From NCBI GenBank assembly GCA_044345055.1, contig JBIJBT010000001.1:1956-65955 (forward strand): a DNA stretch of 64,000 bases. The letters run 5' to 3'. Below are positions 37,614 through 47,207 of the stretch, piece by piece (within the stretch, counting starts at the first letter, position 1; each line of letters opens with the position of its first letter). Source of the stretch: Bdellovibrionota bacterium. Lineage in GTDB: Bacteria; Bdellovibrionota_C; UBA2361; OMIW01. The position numbers and the translations under genes are program-made. The notes beneath the pieces were generated by a model that did no database searches, was not told the DNA's origin, and saw nothing but the letters and a program-made list of their open reading frames with translations.

Positions 37614-38345
37614 TTGCTAATCACTAAAACTGCGCCTTCTCGACACCGCTACAGTCTGGGGCGAATTAATTTGGGTGCAAAACTGGAGCTTCCTCAGCCC
37701 GTTCAACAGGAGCTGCTCGCGTGCCTTCATGATAAGGCGGAGGGGCCAAGAGAAGGGTTGGCGGGACGTGCGGCTGTAAGGTTTGCTCATCTTTCGGGTA
37801 TTGGTCCGGTCGTCATTAAGAAATATTGTCGAGGTGGGGCACTCCGTTTTCTGCGTTCATCGGTTCACTTTCGTGCTGGTCAGGTTCGATCGGAGCGGGA
37901 ATTTGAGGTGTTGGAAAAGGTTCGGGCTCTCGGTATTCCGGCGCCGGAACCCGTTGCCTTTGCTTGGCGAGGAGGGCGATGGTATCGAGCATGGCTTGTT
38001 ACTCGTCATATCGAGAATACGCGTACCTTGGCAGATATTAGCCGAGTTGATGAAGCGCGGGCTCAAACGGTGGCGCGACAGCTTGTTCCTTTAGTAGAGA
38101 AGTTAATCGCGAACGGGGTCTTTCATATTGATTTTCATCCCGGGAACGTAGTTGTCGATGAGGAGGGTCGTCTCTCTATCGTCGATTTTGACAAAGCCCG
38201 AATCGTCACGGGAAGAGAGCGTAGGAGACTTGCAGAACGTTATCTTAGACGTTGGCGGCGAGCAGTTATTAAGCATAATCTCTCCGAGGTGCTCACAGAA
38301 GTTCTCTGCTCCGCGCTTCGCCGACGAGATATCGCGAGCCATTGA
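37614..38345 (+). CDS. 3-deoxy-D-manno-octulosonic acid (Kdo) kinase / LPS kinase family (KdkA-like)
   Basis: VVIKKYCRGGALRFL...REFEVLEKVRALGIPAPEPVAF...VFHIDFHPGNVVVDEEGRLSIVDFDKAR matches the Kdo/WaaP kinase catalytic core (H.D.HPGN...IDFD). Confidence 0.7.
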   Translation: MLITKTAPSRHRYSLGRINLGAKLELPQPVQQELLACLHDKAEGPREGLAGRAAVRFAHLSGIGPVVIKKYCRGGALRFLRSSVHFRAGQVRSEREFEVLEKVRALGIPAPEPVAFAWRGGRWYRAWLVTRHIENTRTLADISRVDEARAQTVARQLVPLVEKLIANGVFHIDFHPGNVVVDEEGRLSIVDFDKARIVTGRERRRLAERYLRRWRRAVIKHNLSEVLTEVLCSALRRRDIASH

Positions 38346-38382
38346 TCATGCGTACATTTCTGATGCAGGTAGGGAGCAGAAT

Positions 38383-39411
38383 GTGACAGCTATCGGAGAA
38401 CCACGAAACATTTTGATAGTACTTCTAGGGGCGCTTGGAGATGTCGCTAGAGGTTCAACGATAATCCCGCCACTTCGTCGGCGCTTTCCGAATGCGCATA
38501 TCTCGTGGCTAGTTGAGACTAAGAGCGCATCTTTTGTTCGGCTCAACGAGCGAGTGGACACCGTGTATGAGTTCGTGCGGAGTCGCTGGTGGGAGAGCGC
38601 CGAACTTTTATGGCGGTTGCGGCAAAGCCGCTTTGATCTGGTTCTTGATCTGCAGCGTCATCTAAAGAGTGGATTGTTCTCATTTTCCACGGGTGCTCCT
38701 CGTCGCGTTGGGGTGAATCGAAAAAATGCCAAAGAGGGCAATTGGCTATTTAATACGGAGCAGTGTGGCTTCATCCCCGATTCAGAATCAAAAATGGAGC
38801 TTTATCGCGCGTTTCTTACGGCGTTGGGGATTGAGGAGGGACTAGATCATTCGGGGGGATTTCGCCGCGAGCAGTTTCTTCCACTCTTGCCAGACGAAGT
38901 TGTGCGATTGCCCGGCCGCCGAGTAGGGGTAGTAATGGGCTCAACCTGGCCCACTAAAGACCTCCCCAAGCAGGGGTATCAACAGCTGATATCGGGAATA
39001 TTAAAGGAGACAGATTTCTCGGTTGTATTGTTAGGGGATAAAACTCAGGCAGCCTTAGGAAAGGAAATAGCGGAGGTCTCTGCGGGAGGACCGCGAATAA
39101 TCAATGTTGCGGGCTCAACAAACCTTGGCCAGCTCATGGGCGTGCTCGCCTCAAGTGCGGCGGTGATTGGACCTGATTCTGGTCCGGGACATCTCTCATC
39201 CTTAGTGGGGACCCCCTATGTGACGATCTTCGGACCGACCGATCCGAAACGGGTTGCTCCGTTTGGGAGTGAACCGTTCTCGATAATTCCGGCGATCGGG
39301 TGCGCGCCGTGCTGGCGTCGCAGCTGTCCTGGCCTTAACAACCTATGTATGCGGCTCCACGCGCCATCAGAGATGGTAGCCCAGGTAGTTGCGGCGGCCT
39401 CGACGCGGTAG
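38383..39411 (+). CDS. Glycosyltransferase family 9 (LPS heptosyltransferase-like). Start proposed at GTG ~38383, preceded by AGGGAG; the ORF-track start at 38152 would overlap kdkA by 190 nt.
   Basis: RNILIVLLGALGDVARGSTIIPPLRRRFPNAHISWLVE...DLVLDLQ...GPDSGPGHLSSLVGTPYVTIFGPTDP...IGCAPCWRRSCPGLNNLCM (Cys4 cluster, as in the other GT9). Confidence 0.75.
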   Translation: MTAIGEPRNILIVLLGALGDVARGSTIIPPLRRRFPNAHISWLVETKSASFVRLNERVDTVYEFVRSRWWESAELLWRLRQSRFDLVLDLQRHLKSGLFSFSTGAPRRVGVNRKNAKEGNWLFNTEQCGFIPDSESKMELYRAFLTALGIEEGLDHSGGFRREQFLPLLPDEVVRLPGRRVGVVMGSTWPTKDLPKQGYQQLISGILKETDFSVVLLGDKTQAALGKEIAEVSAGGPRIINVAGSTNLGQLMGVLASSAAVIGPDSGPGHLSSLVGTPYVTIFGPTDPKRVAPFGSEPFSIIPAIGCAPCWRRSCPGLNNLCMRLHAPSEMVAQVVAAASTR

Positions 39412-39463
39412 GCTTCGGATAATTTGCGATAATTCTCATTATAACGCTCAACCTTTACAAATT

Positions 39464-40504
39464 ATGAATCCCTATAGATTGACAAATGCTGAGAGGATTT
39501 TCGAATTGGTCGAGCGATTGCGCGACGTTCGGATTCTCGTTGTGGGCGATATTATGCTCGATCGTTACGTCTGGGGGCGTTCAGACCGGCTCTCCCCTGA
39601 GGCCCCGGTGCCGGTTGTTGATGTAAAGCGAATTGAAGATCGGGTTGGGGGAGCCGCAAACGCAGCGAGAAACTTTAGAGGACTGGGAGTTCAATGCGAG
39701 CTTTGTGGATTGGTTGGTGATGACGAAGAGGGGCGTACGGTTGTTCGACTTCTCGAAGAGGCGGGGATTGGACACGAGGGGGTTTTGATAGAGCGTAACC
39801 GTCCAACGACCTTCAAAACTCGGGTCATGGTTGGTATGTACCAGATGCTCCGGATTGACCGCGAGGATGCAGCTCCTCGTGAATTGCCGATGCAGCGCGG
39901 GTTAGCCGCGATGATGCAGGCCCAGGCCGCAGGGAGCGATGCAATCGTAATATCTGACTATGGCAAGGGAGCTGTGTCGCCATCTCTTATTGAAAGAGCC
40001 AGTGAGTCAGTATCTGTGACAGATGGTCGCGTGCCGGTAATAGTCGACCCTAATAAACTAAATTTTGCGATGTACCGCGGCATTAGTATCGCAAAGCCTA
40101 ACCGGCGTGAGGCCGAAGCGGCCTCGGGGATCTCGATAATCGATAGGCGGTCAGCGTTTGAAGCCGCCTGGAAACTGCGTGATAAGTGGCAGTCGTCGAT
40201 GATGATGGTGACCCTTGCTGAAATGGGTCTTGTGCTCGTGGGACCAGATGAGGGAGAGGAGTATCATCTTCCGACAGAGGCCCAACAAGTTTTCGATGTA
40301 AGTGGTGCTGGTGATTGTGTGACGGCTGTTTTTACGGCATTTCTTGCAGCGGGAGCAACACCACTTGTCGCCGGGATGATAGCCAATATCGCTGCAGGAA
40401 TCGTGGTTTCTGAATTAGGAACAGTTGCGATTACCATAGAGCAGCTCCGCGCCAAGTTGCGTCAGGTTCTCGCCGAGCATCCAGAGCGATTAGCTATTTT
40501 GTAG
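39464..40504 (+). CDS. D-glycero-beta-D-manno-heptose-7-phosphate kinase (HldE kinase domain / HldA type); no adenylyltransferase domain. Start proposed at ATG ~39464 (MNPYRL).
   Basis: RILVVGDIMLDRYVWGRSDRLSPEAPVPVV...VGGAANAARN...DVSGAGDCVTAVFTAFLAAGAT, ribokinase-fold RfaE domain I. Protein ends ~347 aa, with no room for the HxGH nucleotidyltransferase domain. Confidence 0.75.
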   Translation: MNPYRLTNAERIFELVERLRDVRILVVGDIMLDRYVWGRSDRLSPEAPVPVVDVKRIEDRVGGAANAARNFRGLGVQCELCGLVGDDEEGRTVVRLLEEAGIGHEGVLIERNRPTTFKTRVMVGMYQMLRIDREDAAPRELPMQRGLAAMMQAQAAGSDAIVISDYGKGAVSPSLIERASESVSVTDGRVPVIVDPNKLNFAMYRGISIAKPNRREAEAASGISIIDRRSAFEAAWKLRDKWQSSMMMVTLAEMGLVLVGPDEGEEYHLPTEAQQVFDVSGAGDCVTAVFTAFLAAGATPLVAGMIANIAAGIVVSELGTVAITIEQLRAKLRQVLAEHPERLAIL

Positions 40505-40520
40505 CATCTTGTAGGTAAGT

Positions 40521-41420
40521 ATGAGTTTGTTGAGCATGACGGGTCACGGACAGTCTCGTCGATTGATTGCGGGAAGAGGCTGCCAGGTCGAACTTAGAGG
40601 GGTGAATCATCGGTTTCTGGAGGTAAACATTCGGGGGGTGGCGGTGAGCTTTTCTCTCGAGCGTTCGATTCGTGAGGTGATCGCTGGCTCGGTGGAGCGA
40701 GGCCGAGTCGATGTTGTGGTGAGTGCGGTTGATGAAAGAAGCGCGGGCGGTGCCATTTCTCTTGATGGACCTAAACTGGAGTCAATCCTTCGTCTCTATC
40801 AGCAAGCATTTGAGCAGACTGGTCTATCCTTTTGCAGTGATGAAATTCGTCAACAAGCACTCCTTCAAATCCTTGGTCGTTACGATTCTCTGTTGAGCCC
40901 CGATCCTGTGAGCTTTAGTGAGGCTGAGTGGATCTCTTTGGTGCTCGATTCACTTGGAGAGGCAGTTGATGGTTTTGTCGCGAGTCGAAAAGTGGAAGGC
41001 GAACGGCTTGCGCTCGATCTTAGGGAGAGGCGAGAGCGTCTTAAGGGATATCACTCTGAGATAGCCGAAACAGTCGAATCAGTTTCTGACCGAATTCGGA
41101 ACCGAATGCGGCAACGAATATCTCGGCTGATTGAAGATAGTTCGGTCTCCGAGGAGCGAATTGCTCAAGAAGTCGCGATACTCGCAGAGCGATCGGATAT
41201 TACCGAAGAGTTGGTGAGATTCCGCGTACACCTTGAAGAGTTGGAAAAGAACCTCGATGGAGGTCGGGTCGGTCGACGACTTGATTTTATTATTCAGGAG
41301 CTGGGTCGCGAGACAAATACGATCGGCTCAAAAGCTCAGGATGCATCGGTACAACAACTGGTGATCGAGATAAAGGGCGAGCTGGAGCGGATTCGAGAGC
41401 AGGTACAAAATATTGAGTAA
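40521..41420 (+). CDS. yicC: YicC family stress-induced protein (UPF0701)
   Basis: SMTGHGQSRR...ELRGVNHRFLEVNIRG N-terminus. C-terminal coiled-coil/DUF1732-like end ETNTIGSKAQDASVQQLVIEIKGELERIREQVQNIE. Conserved adjacency to gmk. Confidence 0.8.
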   Translation: MSLLSMTGHGQSRRLIAGRGCQVELRGVNHRFLEVNIRGVAVSFSLERSIREVIAGSVERGRVDVVVSAVDERSAGGAISLDGPKLESILRLYQQAFEQTGLSFCSDEIRQQALLQILGRYDSLLSPDPVSFSEAEWISLVLDSLGEAVDGFVASRKVEGERLALDLRERRERLKGYHSEIAETVESVSDRIRNRMRQRISRLIEDSSVSEERIAQEVAILAERSDITEELVRFRVHLEELEKNLDGGRVGRRLDFIIQELGRETNTIGSKAQDASVQQLVIEIKGELERIREQVQNIE

Positions 41421-41561
41421 TGAGCAAGCTCGAAAAGATTTAGCTTCATCTTTTAGCTCGTTTGAAATCTATTTTTAGCCCATACATCGGTAACGGCGAA
41501 AAAAAATTAGAAAAAAGCCCCCATCTTCCAGTAATATATGTAGAGGGAGGAGATATCTTGT

Positions 41562-42200
41562 ATGACTGGAACCCCCCTCTTTTTTATACTTGTTGGACCA
41601 GCAGGTAGTGGGAAAACTACCGTCCGTGAGCATTTAATCTCCCGTTTTAATCAAACACTCAGAAAATGTGTAACAGCGACCTCTCGTCCTCCAAGGCCAG
41701 GGGAGGTTGATGGCATAAGCTACCACTTTTTTTCACGATCCGAATTCGAGGCGCGAATTGGACGAGGGGAATTCGTTGAGTGGCAGGAGACTCACGGTAA
41801 TCTATACGGCACCCTGAAAAAGACTCTTGAGGAGGCTCGCATAGCAGGGCACGATATAGTGTTCGATATCGACATTCGCGGAGCGTTTTTCTTTCAAGAC
41901 CGATACCCAGAAAGTGCAGTTATAATATTTCTCGTCCCTCCCTCTGTTGAAAGGTTAACGGAGCGGCTTCGGGCTCGAGGAGGCTCGGAAGAAGATCTCC
42001 GAATTCGGCTCCAGACGGCGGCGAGTGAGTTCGAGCTGTTTCACCGCAATGAAAAGGTGATTAACTACCTAGTGGTGAATGACCACCTATCTGATACTCT
42101 GGTGAACGCGGAGTCGATTGTAAGGGCGGAGCGGTTGCGCTGCCAGCACTACTCGTCGGAGCAGCGGGCGGTGCTTTGTCCGCTTCAGATCAAAAGTTAA
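41562..42200 (+). CDS. gmk: Guanylate kinase
   Basis: P-loop LVGPAGSGKTT. TSRPPRPGEVDGISYHF, a variant of the TTRxxRxxExxGxxYxF motif. Lid region RLRARGGSEE. Confidence 0.9.
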   Translation: MTGTPLFFILVGPAGSGKTTVREHLISRFNQTLRKCVTATSRPPRPGEVDGISYHFFSRSEFEARIGRGEFVEWQETHGNLYGTLKKTLEEARIAGHDIVFDIDIRGAFFFQDRYPESAVIIFLVPPSVERLTERLRARGGSEEDLRIRLQTAASEFELFHRNEKVINYLVVNDHLSDTLVNAESIVRAERLRCQHYSSEQRAVLCPLQIKS

Positions 42201-42292
42201 TCAAGAGAAGAATTATTTCATATTCTCGTTGGACATCTCGAGTCTATTGAGATGAGCCCGCTTAGTAGTCACCAATTTCCCATAGGGATAGT

Positions 42293-42775
42293 TTGATGAA
42301 AATAGAATGGATTATTAGACCGGTCGTCGGAGTGGCGTTTAGTATATCGCTGTTTTTAACGGGATGTTCTTCGCTAGGATTTTTTGCCAAAAAAGATGCT
42401 CCTGAGGGTCAACCTCGCATCCTACCTTCTGATATTGCAAGAAAAGAGATTGTGATAACCCGTCAAGAGCTGGTTCGTCGACTGCAGGAGAGTGGAGTCG
42501 CCGATGGCGTTCGTTTGATACCGATTCTGAAGGGTCAAACTTATGAGGGAGACAATACACCTGAGTACAGAATATTTGGGGTAAAAAGCCAGAGTGTGTA
42601 CCAATTGCTAGGACTTGAAAATGCTGATGTTATAGTGTCAGCTCATGGTTTTGTGATTCGAGATTCGCGGGTTTTCCCGGAGTATGTTGCGCTTCTAAAG
42701 GTGCAGCCGAGCGGTTCGATAGAGATTCGGCGCGGCGGAAGATCTCTTTTGTTGGTAATAACGATCAAGGATTAA
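42293..42775 (+). CDS. Lipoprotein of unknown function, co-transcribed with the Ser/Thr kinase (4-nt gap)
   Basis: Signal peptide plus lipobox LTGC. Beta-rich C-terminal segment YRIFGVKSQSVYQLLGLENADVIVSAHGFVIRD. Confidence 0.5.
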   Translation: MMKIEWIIRPVVGVAFSISLFLTGCSSLGFFAKKDAPEGQPRILPSDIARKEIVITRQELVRRLQESGVADGVRLIPILKGQTYEGDNTPEYRIFGVKSQSVYQLLGLENADVIVSAHGFVIRDSRVFPEYVALLKVQPSGSIEIRRGGRSLLLVITIKD

Positions 42776-42779
42776 GCGA

Positions 42780-43769
42780 GTGGCTAAAACGACCAACGAA
42801 GCGTCGCGTATGATAACGACTCAACCGCTTCTCGCGAAGCGGTTTGAGTTGATCAAAGTGCTCGGTTCGGGTGGGGCTGCTGCAGTTTTTCATGTTAAAG
42901 ATAATGAGCGAGGTGGGGAAGAGGTTGCGCTAAAGGTCCTCACTAATTCCGGGGTATTCGATGCCCTAACGCTATCGCGGTTTGAAGCTGAGGTCGCGCT
43001 TCTTCAGGAAATTAATCATCCACATATAGTTCGAGCATACGACTTTATTTCGCTCGGCCATACAGTTGCTTATACGATGGAGTTGGTACGGGGCAAGGAA
43101 CTATCCCGATATCTGAAGCCAGGATCTCTTGGGTATGGATCGATTGATTCGATTTTTCGACAGCTGCTTTCAGCGCTTCACGAGCTTCATAGTCGAGGGG
43201 TTTTTCACCGCGACCTGAAGCTTGAAAATCTCCTTTACTGTGAGGAATCGGGGATTAAGCTCGCAGATTTTGGCTTGATGAAGATTAAGCGAACCTCACG
43301 TGACACTCAGGCCGGTGTCTTACTAGGAACCGCTCAGTATTTGCCCCCCGAATATATAAGATCAAATCGATACGATGCTCGGAGCGACCTCTATTGTGTT
43401 GGTCTTCTGTTGTTCGAAATGGTTTCTGGTACCCGATGGCTATCAAAGTTCTCTGGTAATGATTCAATAACCTATCTCGTAGAGCGAAATTTTGTCGTGC
43501 CTTACGAGCTACCCCTAACGGTTCCCCGAAAATATCATCGGATAATAGAGAAAGCGATTAAAGCGGATGCAAAGCGTCGGTATCAGTCAGCCTACGATAT
43601 GTTAGTGGCGTTTGCAGAAGATGAGACACAAAATCGTCGAGGAAGAAAGTTTCGAAATGGACTTGGCGGATTTGAGGGGCGTGGAGTTCGGTATTATCTC
43701 CGAGACCCTGTCATACTTTTTTTTATAGTTATGTTTATTCTCGTGACTGGCGCGATATCGCTTTTGTAG
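42780..43769 (+). CDS. Hanks-type serine/threonine protein kinase with C-terminal transmembrane segment
   Basis: Gly loop LGSGGAAAVF, VALK (K), HRDLKLENLL, DFGLMK, APEY-like YLPPEY. Terminal ILFFIVMFILVTGAISLL. Confidence 0.85.
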   Translation: MAKTTNEASRMITTQPLLAKRFELIKVLGSGGAAAVFHVKDNERGGEEVALKVLTNSGVFDALTLSRFEAEVALLQEINHPHIVRAYDFISLGHTVAYTMELVRGKELSRYLKPGSLGYGSIDSIFRQLLSALHELHSRGVFHRDLKLENLLYCEESGIKLADFGLMKIKRTSRDTQAGVLLGTAQYLPPEYIRSNRYDARSDLYCVGLLLFEMVSGTRWLSKFSGNDSITYLVERNFVVPYELPLTVPRKYHRIIEKAIKADAKRRYQSAYDMLVAFAEDETQNRRGRKFRNGLGGFEGRGVRYYLRDPVILFFIVMFILVTGAISLL

Positions 43770-43843
43770 AAGCCTCAGTATTCTCAATAGTCTCTCGATT
43801 TCACAAAAAAATTTCCTTACTCTTAGTGGCACCGATACGGGTA

Positions 43844-44242
43844 TTACCGTGTGAGAATCATTAACCAAGGGATAAGAGCTGCGCTGATATACACCAGGCA
43901 CAATAACAAGAGAGCCTGACCGACCCACACTACCTGAGAGCCCATTTGTCGAAGGCCTATTGTCATTCCAATAGCAGCGCCTTTTGCAAGAAGAAGGGTT
44001 GGGATTACTCCGATGAGCTTCATCGTCTCTCGAAGAATGAAGTTTCCCTCAAGGCTTATGCCGAATCGATGCATCCCCGCTGCAGTTGCGATACCATCCA
44101 ACAGCTGACACACTATTAGAAGAAGCGCCAGGTTATCCACGACTCTCGGCAGTCTGAGCAATCCGCCTAGACCGAGGGAGAGGGAGGTGTTTGCGGTGGA
44201 AGTTGCGATTGAGGATGCCATAACTGTCCCTAGCGAAACCAT
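43844..44242 (-). CDS. Small hypothetical membrane protein (132 aa, ~4 TM)
   Basis: Hydrophobic ORF with no recognisable motif. Confidence 0.4.
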   Translation of the reverse strand: MVSLGTVMASSIATSTANTSLSLGLGGLLRLPRVVDNLALLLIVCQLLDGIATAAGMHRFGISLEGNFILRETMKLIGVIPTLLLAKGAAIGMTIGLRQMGSQVVWVGQALLLLCLVYISAALIPWLMILTR

Positions 44243-44321
44243 GAGAAAGTAACCATTCCCCCACCTATCGCTAATTCTGGGGAGTTTGGTTCATTTTTTG
44301 TCTCACTTACTTAATCGCTGC

Positions 44322-45542
44322 CTATTCGCCTCTCAGATAATGACAGGTATAACCCCCCGGATTTTTTTGTAAATAATCCTGATGATATCCTTCAGCAGGA
44401 TAAAAAGGGGCAGCTGGTTCAAGGGTGGTGGTGACTGGTCGTGACCACTTGCCCGATTTCTCTACTTCCTTAATGACCCGCTCGGCGATCTCTCGTTCGG
44501 CGGGCGAGCTTACGAAGATAGTTGAGCGATACCGTGTTCCAATGTCGTTGCCTTGGCGATTTTTGGTCGTTGGGTCATGAATGCGGAAGAAAAATCGGAG
44601 AAGGCTATCAAATGAGAGCTGACTTTGGTCGTAGGTAACCTCGATAGCTTCGGCGTGCCCCGTTTTATCGGTTGATACGCTCTCGTATGAGGGGTTTGGC
44701 AACGAGCCTCCTGTGTAACCAACAGTAGTATCGATTACCCCCGGAAGAGCGCGAATTAGCTCCTCCATTCCCCAAAAACATCCACCCGCAAGGATAGCGC
44801 GGGTATGCGGCTGTTGATTCGGTTCATTCTTTTTTGCACCATCAGATGACGAAATCGTCTCGGTCGTTGTAGGTTCGGAAGTTGCAATCGATGGAGGAGT
44901 TGGCGATTGCGCGAGTGCGGGTGAGCTTTGCTCTATAGCGGGAAAGAGGGAGGCAAGCTCCGGATACCCTTTCTCAGCGAGCTGCGCTGCTGGAATGAAT
45001 CGAAGAGCAGCTGAATTAATACAGTAACGCTTGCCGGTCGAGGCTGGTCCATCATCAAACACATGACCCAGATGTGAGTTCGCCGCTGTCGAGCGAACCT
45101 CAACGCGACTCATCCCGTGGCGGTTGTCTGTCCGCCCGATTACGCGTGAGGGATCAAGAGGCTTGGTAAAGCTCGGCCACCCCGTCCCAGAATCAAATTT
45201 GTCGTGTGAACTAAAAAGGGGATCGCCAGATATGATATCAACATATATACCGGGAGCCTTATTGTCCCAATATTCATTCCGAAATGGTGGTTCAGTTCCA
45301 TCGCACTGCGTTACCTCGTGTTGCAGAGGGGTTAGTTTCTGCTTCTTTAATTCAGAGGTATCTTTAGGCTTCTCTTCATTCATACTCGTTCTCGTTTGAT
45401 CAGTTGAGTCCTCCGCATGAACAGCGATCATGCTATTGCTGTTCCCGTGAAGCAAGAGCATGATTACGCAGAGGATTGCCACACGGGGCATTAAGACGCG
45501 GAGCAAATGGGAACATTTTGAGGGTGAAAAAAAAATTCTCAT
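44322..45542 (-). CDS. msrBA: Secreted bifunctional peptide methionine sulfoxide reductase, MsrB-MsrA domain order
   Basis: Signal peptide. MsrB core [31 protein letters not shown]...[21 protein letters not shown]. MsrA core [21 protein letters not shown]...GYTGG...[13 protein letters not shown]. Confidence 0.85.
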   Translation of the reverse strand: MRIFFSPSKCSHLLRVLMPRVAILCVIMLLLHGNSNSMIAVHAEDSTDQTRTSMNEEKPKDTSELKKQKLTPLQHEVTQCDGTEPPFRNEYWDNKAPGIYVDIISGDPLFSSHDKFDSGTGWPSFTKPLDPSRVIGRTDNRHGMSRVEVRSTAANSHLGHVFDDGPASTGKRYCINSAALRFIPAAQLAEKGYPELASLFPAIEQSSPALAQSPTPPSIATSEPTTTETISSSDGAKKNEPNQQPHTRAILAGGCFWGMEELIRALPGVIDTTVGYTGGSLPNPSYESVSTDKTGHAEAIEVTYDQSQLSFDSLLRFFFRIHDPTTKNRQGNDIGTRYRSTIFVSSPAEREIAERVIKEVEKSGKWSRPVTTTLEPAAPFYPAEGYHQDYLQKNPGGYTCHYLRGE

Positions 45543-45724
45543 AAGCTGTTCCTGAGAGATGCGCCGTTTTTAGAGGCGGCTCGCGAGGCGAGAGTACTTC
45601 CTTTCGCTAAGAATTACATCTTGCTGGAAACTATTGGCGGGCCCTAAGTTCCTCCAGTTTCGGCGAACGGCGAAAAGTTGCAGCCCCCAAATATCCAACT
45701 CCACCAAAGAACCGATATCTTCCG

Positions 45725-47137
45725 ATGCGCAACGAGACACTGGCGAAACATCTGCGAGAGAGCGAAGCGGAAGTTGCACTTCAGATGGTTCAGCTTGTCC
45801 GCGAAAGACGCCTCCATGAGCTGCGCGATCTTGTTGTAAAACTCCCCTATGCGATTGTCGCTGACAGTATTGCAGCTCTTCCCGTAGAGGAACAGATCGT
45901 TGTTTTTCGAATTCTGCCGAGGGAACACGCGACTGAGGTTTTTGAATTTTTAGACACCGATGCGCAGGTGTCACTCCTAAATTCGCTTGGCTCTGATAGG
46001 GTTGCCTTCTTCCTCAATGAGATGGCGGCCGATGATCGAACTGCGCTCTTTGAGGAGATGCCGACAAAGCTTGTACGCCGCCTTATGGGGCTTCTTGCAA
46101 AGGAGGAGCGAATTATTGCGCTCTCGCTTTTGGGCTACCCCGAATATAGCGTTGGACGGCTGATGACACCGGACTATCTCGCGGTTCGCCCCGAATGGTT
46201 GGTTTCCGAGGTGCTGGTTTATATACGTGAGCGAGGGAGCTTGAGTGATACGCTCTCCGTTTTTTTTGTCTGTGATGAGGCTGGTCTCTTAATAGGTCAA
46301 ATTGATGCGGGCGATCTATTACTCGCAGATTTAAAGGCCCGAGCAGAGGACATTTGCGATAGGAGTGTTGTTGCGCTTAATCCGCAGGACGATCAAGAAG
46401 TTGCCGCAAATCTCTTTCATCGCCACGGTCGACCGGTGCTTCCTGTTGTTGATTCGGCAGCTATCCTTATCGGTATCGTCACTATGGATGACGCGCTCGA
46501 TGTCGCGCGGGATGAGGCCACAGAAGATATTCAGAAATTAGGTGCGGTTGAGGCGCTAGATGAGCCATATCTTAAGGCGCCACTAATTCGACTTATCAAA
46601 AGTCGAGCCGTGTGGCTTATTGTTCTCTTTGTTGGCGAAATGATGACTGCTTCAGCGATGGCTCTCTACGAGAAAGAGATAGAGCGTGCAGTCTTTCTTG
46701 CAGTATTCGTGCCCCTCATCATTTCGAGTGGAGGAAACTCAGGAAGTCAGGCGGCCTCCCTTGTGATTCGCTCGATGGCGATCGGTGAAATAAGGCTTAA
46801 TGATTGGAAGAGGGTACTAAGACGAGAGCTCGCATCGGGGCTCGTCCTTGGCGGAGTTCTTGGGATATTAGGGCTTGTTCGTGTGACAATCTGGGGCAGT
46901 GCGTTTGGGGCGTATGGCCCACAGTGGGCACTGATTGGGGTTGTGGTAATGGTATCACTCATAGTAGTGGTGATGTGGGGAACGCTCGTTGGGTCGATGC
47001 TTCCATTTATTCTTCGCTCTCTAGGCGCAGATCCAGCGACCTCCTCCGCTCCCTTTGTCGCGACACTTGTCGATGTTGTAGGGCTCATCGCCTATTTTTC
47101 GGTTGCTGCACTCCTGCTTAAAGGGACTGTGCTCTAG
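45725..47137 (+). CDS. mgtE: Magnesium transporter MgtE
   Basis: N-domain, CBS pair (RLMTPDYLAVRPEWLVSEVLVYIRE...PVLPVVDSAAILIGIVTMDDALDV) and five C-terminal TM helices with the PLIISSGGNSGSQAAS selectivity region. Confidence 0.85.
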   Translation: MRNETLAKHLRESEAEVALQMVQLVRERRLHELRDLVVKLPYAIVADSIAALPVEEQIVVFRILPREHATEVFEFLDTDAQVSLLNSLGSDRVAFFLNEMAADDRTALFEEMPTKLVRRLMGLLAKEERIIALSLLGYPEYSVGRLMTPDYLAVRPEWLVSEVLVYIRERGSLSDTLSVFFVCDEAGLLIGQIDAGDLLLADLKARAEDICDRSVVALNPQDDQEVAANLFHRHGRPVLPVVDSAAILIGIVTMDDALDVARDEATEDIQKLGAVEALDEPYLKAPLIRLIKSRAVWLIVLFVGEMMTASAMALYEKEIERAVFLAVFVPLIISSGGNSGSQAASLVIRSMAIGEIRLNDWKRVLRRELASGLVLGGVLGILGLVRVTIWGSAFGAYGPQWALIGVVVMVSLIVVVMWGTLVGSMLPFILRSLGADPATSSAPFVATLVDVVGLIAYFSVAALLLKGTVL

Positions 47138-47207
47138 CCGCCCAATGATCACCCATGAACGCGGGGTTGTGGTATGTCATTCAAATTATTGTTCTGAATA
47201 GTTACCC

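Noticed and set aside
38152-38382. ORF-track start of the second GT9 at 38152
   Set aside because: It would overlap kdkA by ~190 nt in another frame. The GT9 homology begins at RNILIV just after an in-frame GTG with an AGGGAG RBS, so I moved the start to ~38383.
45543-45724. Possible M-box (Mg2+) riboswitch upstream of mgtE
   Set aside because: I looked for the conserved M-box core segments and did not find them. An Infernal scan would be needed to exclude it.
45570-45974. 134-aa minus-strand ORF overlapping the mgtE start
   Set aside because: It is antisense to the well-supported MgtE N-domain, with no motif. Spurious.
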